DNA from: a virus
IMG/VR virus record: IMGVR_UViG_3300045303_000324
Span: 1 to 55,865 of that record
Direction: 5' to 3' (one strand)
DNA length: 55,865 bases
In this document: piece by piece, positions 51,827-55,865 of the stretch
Position numbering within the stretch: the first letter of the stretch is position 1
How the letters are laid out: every line of letters starts with the position of its first letter
Notes under the pieces: generated by a model
Seen by the model: only the letters and a program-made list of their open reading frames with translations
Told to the model about the DNA's origin: nothing
Database searches by the model: none
Translations under genes and position numbers: made by a program

Positions 51827-51861
51827 GACTCAGGACTCAGGACTTTTGACTCTGGACTTTC
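51827..51861 (+). repeat. Tandem heptamer array C
   Basis: GACTCAG GACTCAG GACTTTT GACTCTG GACTTTC, spanning the stop of ORF 51837..52154. Confidence 0.6.
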
Positions 51862-52154
51862 CTTCCCGCCTTCGCCCTTGGGTGTGGTCGTGGGTTTGAT
51901 TTCCTTTTACCGTAATTTAGAATGTATTCCTTGGCCTCTTTTCGAGAGACTTTTTTGTCTTCCCAATCCAGATAAATTTCGTCCATGTGATCTATGGCTG
52001 CGATGAGTGCTTCTTTTTGTTCTGGCGTGTCCTTTTGCATCATCGCGCTGAATGAGACACCCCCATCCGCCCACTTTTGAAGCGCAGCCTTGGCTTCTGG
52101 AGTTTGTAAATTCCACCCTTTCACAGTTCCCCATTTTAGCGTAAGTGAGTTCAT
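51837..52154 (-). CDS. hypothetical protein
   Basis: ATG 52154 overlaps the upstream stop (ATGA). 105 aa. Confidence 0.5.
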   Translation of the reverse strand: MNSLTLKWGTVKGWNLQTPEAKAALQKWADGGVSFSAMMQKDTPEQKEALIAAIDHMDEIYLDWEDKKVSRKEAKEYILNYGKRKSNPRPHPRAKAGRKVQSQKS

Positions 52155-52957
52155 GGTTGCTCCGAAGGTTTCTGAATTTCTGACTGACAACGTTCGTGCC
52201 AGATGTCGTTTCCACTCCAGCTACCGCAAACCGATTCTTTCCATTTGAATCGTCCCTTGCACTTGGAGCACCGGACGAACAGCCATCGGTTCAAGAGTTG
52301 AAAGAATGGCACTTGAATTCTCCAGTGATGAATATGCCACCGGGGATGCCGCCACCAACATTGTTCCCTCCTGAGAATCCACCCGTAGATCTCGGAAGCC
52401 ATGTTGCGGATTCGCTCATCCCGATTGCTTTCGGTTCCCCACTTTCTAACAACCCCGTCACGCAACGAGTCGGTTGGGTTCTCCGCGAACATCAGAATAT
52501 CGAACAGATTGTTTTGCATCCAGCGCCGGGCCTTTTTCCAATTCGTTTGCCCAGTGCTCTCAAAGTATTCTCCTGCGGCCATGAAAAATAAATTCAACAC
52601 AATGGCACTCACTCCCATGTTTGGCATTCCAGCACCATCGTCCTCCGGGTAAAAATATCCGCAATGATAGACCTTGCCCGAATCCGATTTGAAAACCCTG
52701 TCCCAATCGAACTCGAATCGCTTGACGATCTTTTCCAGCACAGCCTTGTCTCCGTGACGTGCGCGCTTGAACCAGCCACATGAATCGTCGGTGTGATCCT
52801 TCTCAGGGTCTTTATGCCAGATGGTCGCGATCTGATACGAAGCCCATTCCTTTCGCTTATCCTTCCAAAAGGTTGTCGTTTTCCACGGCAAAGGAATTTT
52901 TACGTTGAAGGCGACTGTCAGTGGGTCGTGCATAATTTTTACCAGATTCCGACGCAT
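52151..52957 (-). CDS. conserved phage protein, function unknown
   Basis: 268 aa with HPRWHIHHWRIQ and a C-terminal CSKC..C..C cluster. Confidence 0.6.
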   Translation of the reverse strand: MRRNLVKIMHDPLTVAFNVKIPLPWKTTTFWKDKRKEWASYQIATIWHKDPEKDHTDDSCGWFKRARHGDKAVLEKIVKRFEFDWDRVFKSDSGKVYHCGYFYPEDDGAGMPNMGVSAIVLNLFFMAAGEYFESTGQTNWKKARRWMQNNLFDILMFAENPTDSLRDGVVRKWGTESNRDERIRNMASEIYGWILRREQCWWRHPRWHIHHWRIQVPFFQLLNRWLFVRCSKCKGRFKWKESVCGSWSGNDIWHERCQSEIQKPSEQP

Positions 52958-53023
52958 TTGTGATGTTCACACGGCGAACAACGGTGCTCGGTTCGTGCTG
53001 GAAAATTGAGAGTTGATGGCATA

Positions 53024-53215
53024 TTATCTCCACCACGCTCCGCAATGAACACATTGCCACATCGCTTGGTTTATGTCGGGAAGTTCCGTAAGAGTGTTTG
53101 GAGTATTCGGACGAGTTACCGGACAGATATTCAGATCGGATTTCTTGCCGCAAGCATCGCACCATACCCAATCAGGTTTCACCCCAACGAAAGAATCGCT
53201 ACTTTGTTCACTCAT
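53024..53215 (-). CDS. zinc-ribbon protein
   Basis: ATG at 53215. Contains CDAC and CVHC pairs. Confidence 0.45.
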   Translation of the reverse strand: MSEQSSDSFVGVKPDWVWCDACGKKSDLNICPVTRPNTPNTLTELPDINQAMWQCVHCGAWWR

Positions 53216-53261
53216 TCCTGTTCCCTCGGTTGACTGCGTTCGATGAAACTGTCCGCGCGCT

Positions 53262-54563
53262 TCATAATGGGCATTCAAATCTTGTGAACTCCCGCTTGAA
53301 CGTGAAACTGATCGTGCCGGTTTCCCCACTCCTGTTTTTGGCGACGAGCATCTTGCTCGAATAAGGATCGACCGAGTGCAGCAATCCCACGAAATCGGCG
53401 TCCTGCTCAAGGCTTCCGCTGTCCCGCAAGTCGGCCAGATTAGGCTCCCTCTCTTCGCGCGTCACCGCTCTTCCCAGTTGCGCCGCGGCCACCACGGGAA
53501 TTTTTCTCAACATGGCCAGGTCCTTGAACGCACCGCTGACCTCGGTGATCAAATCATTCCGGTTCCCCCTGAAGTTCGGTATGTGCACCCGCTGAATGTA
53601 GTCCACGATGATCAACCGTGTTCCACGCTCGCACGCCTGATGACACTGCTTCAAGATTTCCGACAGTGGAGGAGACGAATCCAAAATGTTGAGTGGAAGT
53701 TTTTTCAACTCCACGATCGACTGGCTCACTTTGAAAAAGTCCTCTTCCGTCGCCGTTCCGCGGGCAAACTTTCCCGTCACCACCCTCGATATCGACGCCA
53801 CCATCCTCAATCCCAATTCCTGCGCCGGCATTTCCAGACTGATATAAAGCACAGGGTGTCCGGCGGCTGTGGCCGCATGAGCAAGTCCACCGAGAAACGA
53901 ACTCTTGCCCTCGCCCGGTCTCCCCGCGAAAATGTAGAACCGGCAATCCTGCAAGCCCGAAGTCGCCCGGTCCAAATTGCTAAATCCCGTGCTGATTCCC
54001 TCCAGCCTTCCCTGAAGCATGTGCGACTTTTCCAGAGAACCAATCAACTCTGGCGCCAGCTCCTTCAAACTCTTCCCGCCCGCCGTCCCTGCGCTGTCAG
54101 TGTTCAACTCCACAATCTTTTTGGACACCGCATCCAGACCCAGCGCATCCCCTCGTTGCAGCCGGTCCGATACCCCCGTCATCTCCGCCTTCACACCCAA
54201 CACCTTCCTGGCCTTCCAGCAATCTTCCACCACCCCCAACCAATACGACCAGTTCTCCGCCGACGGCAACCCATTCATGGCCTTGTTCAAAGGCTCCAGA
54301 TCATACGCCGCCAACCCCCTGCAAATCTCATGCTCGAATGTCTCATAACTCTTCAGACATTCCTTCTTCTCCAGCCAGATTCCCTGCATCTTGAGCAACA
54401 CTCTTCTCGCCGTCTCAACGTAAAATATCTCCGTCCTGATCGCCCCGATCAACTCCGGCTTGTGCACCATGCACGCCACCAACCACCACTCCGCCGCCTC
54501 ATCGTGCGGGGGAAGTTGAGCGTCTTGAGTCGTAAGTCCTGAGTCCAATGTCTCGTCGTTCAT
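53262..54563 (-). CDS. dnaB: replicative DNA helicase DnaB
   Basis: ATG 54563 overlaps the upstream stop (ATGA). GISTGFSNLD, Walker A GRPGEGKSSF, IVDYIQ and SGSLEQDAD. Confidence 0.85.
   Translation of the reverse strand: MNDETLDSGLTTQDAQLPPHDEAAEWWLVACMVHKPELIGAIRTEIFYVETARRVLLKMQGIWLEKKECLKSYETFEHEICRGLAAYDLEPLNKAMNGLPSAENWSYWLGVVEDCWKARKVLGVKAEMTGVSDRLQRGDALGLDAVSKKIVELNTDSAGTAGGKSLKELAPELIGSLEKSHMLQGRLEGISTGFSNLDRATSGLQDCRFYIFAGRPGEGKSSFLGGLAHAATAAGHPVLYISLEMPAQELGLRMVASISRVVTGKFARGTATEEDFFKVSQSIVELKKLPLNILDSSPPLSEILKQCHQACERGTRLIIVDYIQRVHIPNFRGNRNDLITEVSGAFKDLAMLRKIPVVAAAQLGRAVTREEREPNLADLRDSGSLEQDADFVGLLHSVDPYSSKMLVAKNRSGETGTISFTFKREFTRFECPL
54511..54545 (-). repeat. Tandem heptamer array D
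   Basis: The minus strand reads GACTCAG GACTTAC GACTCAA GACGCTC AACTTCC, within the first codons of dnaB. Confidence 0.5.
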
Positions 54564-55207
54564 TTTAGCTCCTTGTTCCACGCTGCGTCGCGCCTTGGTT
54601 TCTTGCTCCTCGGACTCTGATCACTGAAACTCTGCTGCGCCTTCAGGTAATGCGGCCAGCTCGAAATCTTCTGCCCTTTGGAATCCCTCCCCCTTCTCCC
54701 CATCGCCAGGTTCCACGTCGTCTTCGTGAACCCCTCCTCGATCCCCGCCGTCATCGCCATCGCTATCGCCTCCTCCTCCGTCTTGGGAAAGCCTGGGGGT
54801 AGCTCTTCGTCCGATGGCAATGCTGTTCCCTTCCTCGATGCTCTGATTACCCGCTGCCTTTCACGATTGTATTCCCGCCTGTCCTCCTCCCTCTGCATCC
54901 GATCATACGCCGCCCCGTTTACCACTCGATACAGATAAGGATTGATCTCCACCAGTTTCTTTCCTTCTTCAGCTTCCGTCCTGCTCTTCGGGTCAGGCTT
55001 GCAAAAACTCTCAATCGTTTGCGCCACTTCCTTCTCCGGTTCCCCAATCAGAAAGGAAATTATTCCAGGATTCAACTCAACAAAAAATTCCGTCTTCCCC
55101 CTGGTGGGTTTCTGGTGCGAAATCACATACCCCCACACCGCAAACGCCAATGCCCCAGCCCCACACATCGACCCCGTGTACATGCTTTCGTAATGCTTTC
55201 CGTACAT
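54560..55207 (-). CDS. conserved replication-module protein (organiser-like)
   Basis: The pattern YESMYTGSMCGAGALAFAVWGYVISHQ..VELNPGIISFLIGEPEKEV..YRVVNGAAY recurs upstream of phage helicases, from memory. Confidence 0.55.
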   Translation of the reverse strand: MYGKHYESMYTGSMCGAGALAFAVWGYVISHQKPTRGKTEFFVELNPGIISFLIGEPEKEVAQTIESFCKPDPKSRTEAEEGKKLVEINPYLYRVVNGAAYDRMQREEDRREYNRERQRVIRASRKGTALPSDEELPPGFPKTEEEAIAMAMTAGIEEGFTKTTWNLAMGRRGRDSKGQKISSWPHYLKAQQSFSDQSPRSKKPRRDAAWNKELK

Positions 55208-55208
55208 T

Positions 55209-55415
55209 TTAGTTTTCCTCTGTCCTCTGCTCCTGCCTCAAAGTCGTGTTCAACAATTCTACGCTGAATCTGTTGAAACATCCTCGACACACATAAATCG
55301 TATTGATCTCACTGGCCCTCCACAAAATGTCGCCAACCCTTATCGGACCCTGGCACATGCAGCACATCCTCGTTTCCAATCCTTCCCCATCTTCAACTTC
55401 AGTGAACATTCCCAA
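55209..55415 (-). CDS. small zinc-binding protein
   Basis: 68 aa with CCMC and CRGC. It is the first gene of the leftward replication operon. Confidence 0.45.
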   Translation of the reverse strand: MGMFTEVEDGEGLETRMCCMCQGPIRVGDILWRASEINTIYVCRGCFNRFSVELLNTTLRQEQRTEEN

Positions 55416-55462
55416 TCTTTTCCCAAATTATTATCCTTCTCGTCAACAACAATCTTTGTTTT

Positions 55463-55536
55463 TGTTGTCCAATGTTGCAAGTTGTTGCTAAGTGTTGTTT
55501 CCTGTTGCCATCCGTACAAAACCGTACTCAGTGTTG
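55463..55536. repeat. Phased TGTTG(C/T) boxes (candidate iterons)
   Basis: TGTTG occurs at 55463, 55473, 55483, 55493 and 55503, at exactly 10-bp spacing. A sixth copy is at 55532. Confidence 0.6.
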
Positions 55537-55540
55537 CGTA

Positions 55541-55568
55541 CACAGACACAGACACAGACACAGACACA
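55541..55568. repeat. Hexanucleotide microsatellite (CACAGA)n
   Basis: CACAGA occurs four times in tandem, followed by CACA. Confidence 0.9.
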
Positions 55569-55738
55569 ACGGCATCTTGTACCCTTAGTTATTCTATACC
55601 CCTCACTCCTGTCTCCAGAAAAATGCCTCTCGTTGCTTCGCTTCGCTTCGTTTTTCAAAAGTGCGGGTCTAGCAAAGGTGGAGCCTCTACGTGGTGATAT
55701 CCCACGCTGCGGGGGGTGCCGGGGTGGGTAGGGTGGGG

Positions 55739-55865
55739 ACCGTCGGGCAAAATAGAATGCTTACCCTCCGTTGAAATAGAATGTAAACAGGGCTGAAGCA
55801 AGCGCGCGCTGCCGGGTAGGCGTGGCGATTGACCCCAGGTTGGTGTCATTGTGGCGGCCGGAAGT
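55739..55865. repeat. Terminal direct repeat, copy 2 (identical to 1..127)
   Basis: See copy 1. Confidence 0.95.

Noticed and set aside
55541-55568. Short tandem repeats and the heptamer arrays as possible CRISPR arrays.
   Set aside because: The units are only 6-7 nt with no spacers, and no cas genes are present. The only Cas4-like protein is paired with RecT as a recombination exonuclease.

Overview
The window is a closed tailed-phage genome. Bases 1-127 are identical to 55739-55865, giving a unit length of 55,738 bp. This reflects either a circular assembly or terminal redundancy.

The genome is GC-rich and densely coded, and many genes are linked by ATGA/TGATG-type start/stop overlaps. 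The architecture is podovirus-like. There is a T7 gp12-like nozzle protein, followed by three putative internal core (ejectosome) proteins, one of them a 1759-aa giant. There are several fibres and a beta-helix tailspike. I see no tape measure, no sheath and no integrase.

Modules, in coordinate order:
- Divergent promoter/operator with a Cro-like HTH and a rightward block of small genes (0.9-4.3 kb).
- Glycosyltransferase / methyltransferase / glycosyltransferase cluster (4.25-7.0 kb).
- Cas4-like exonuclease plus RecT (7.3-9.4 kb).
- RHH plus an opposing methyltransferase-like gene (11.4-12.3 kb).
- Ejectosome and tail genes (12.3-29.0 kb, minus strand).
- TerL to portal on the plus strand (29.0-36.7 kb), with a metallopeptidase, a GT-like gene and an AT-rich island of small genes in between.
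- Secreted, lipoprotein and membrane genes (36.8-39.9 kb).
- Ig-like, LamG and tailspike proteins and the putative capsid gene (39.9-46.7 kb).
- One tRNA (47.09 kb).
- A beta-class DNA methylase gene broken by an AT-rich cassette (47.2-48.8 kb).
- Replication module with RusA, Dcm, DnaB and a replication-organiser-like protein (48.8-55.4 kb).
- A repeat-rich non-coding region (55.4-55.7 kb).

The most unusual observations are:
- A tRNA with an arginine-type class I body but a GCU (Ser AGY) anticodon.
- An AT-rich ORF that fuses Tat-like motifs to a copy of the capsid-protein N-terminus, sitting inside the tail operon.
- The split methylase with its cassette, which carries a proteasome-like half gene, an RHH gene and a transposase tail.
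- Dispersed tandem heptamer arrays of the form (GACTCAR)n.
- 10-bp-phased TGTTG boxes upstream of the replication operon.
- A 22-bp triplication that copies an SD+ATG across a gene junction.

All family assignments come from motif recognition by eye. No searches were run. The host is unknown. A C-terminal ...SSNLIDWEVV...RFFRL tail and the Tat-like signals hint weakly at a Verrucomicrobia/Planctomycetes-type host.
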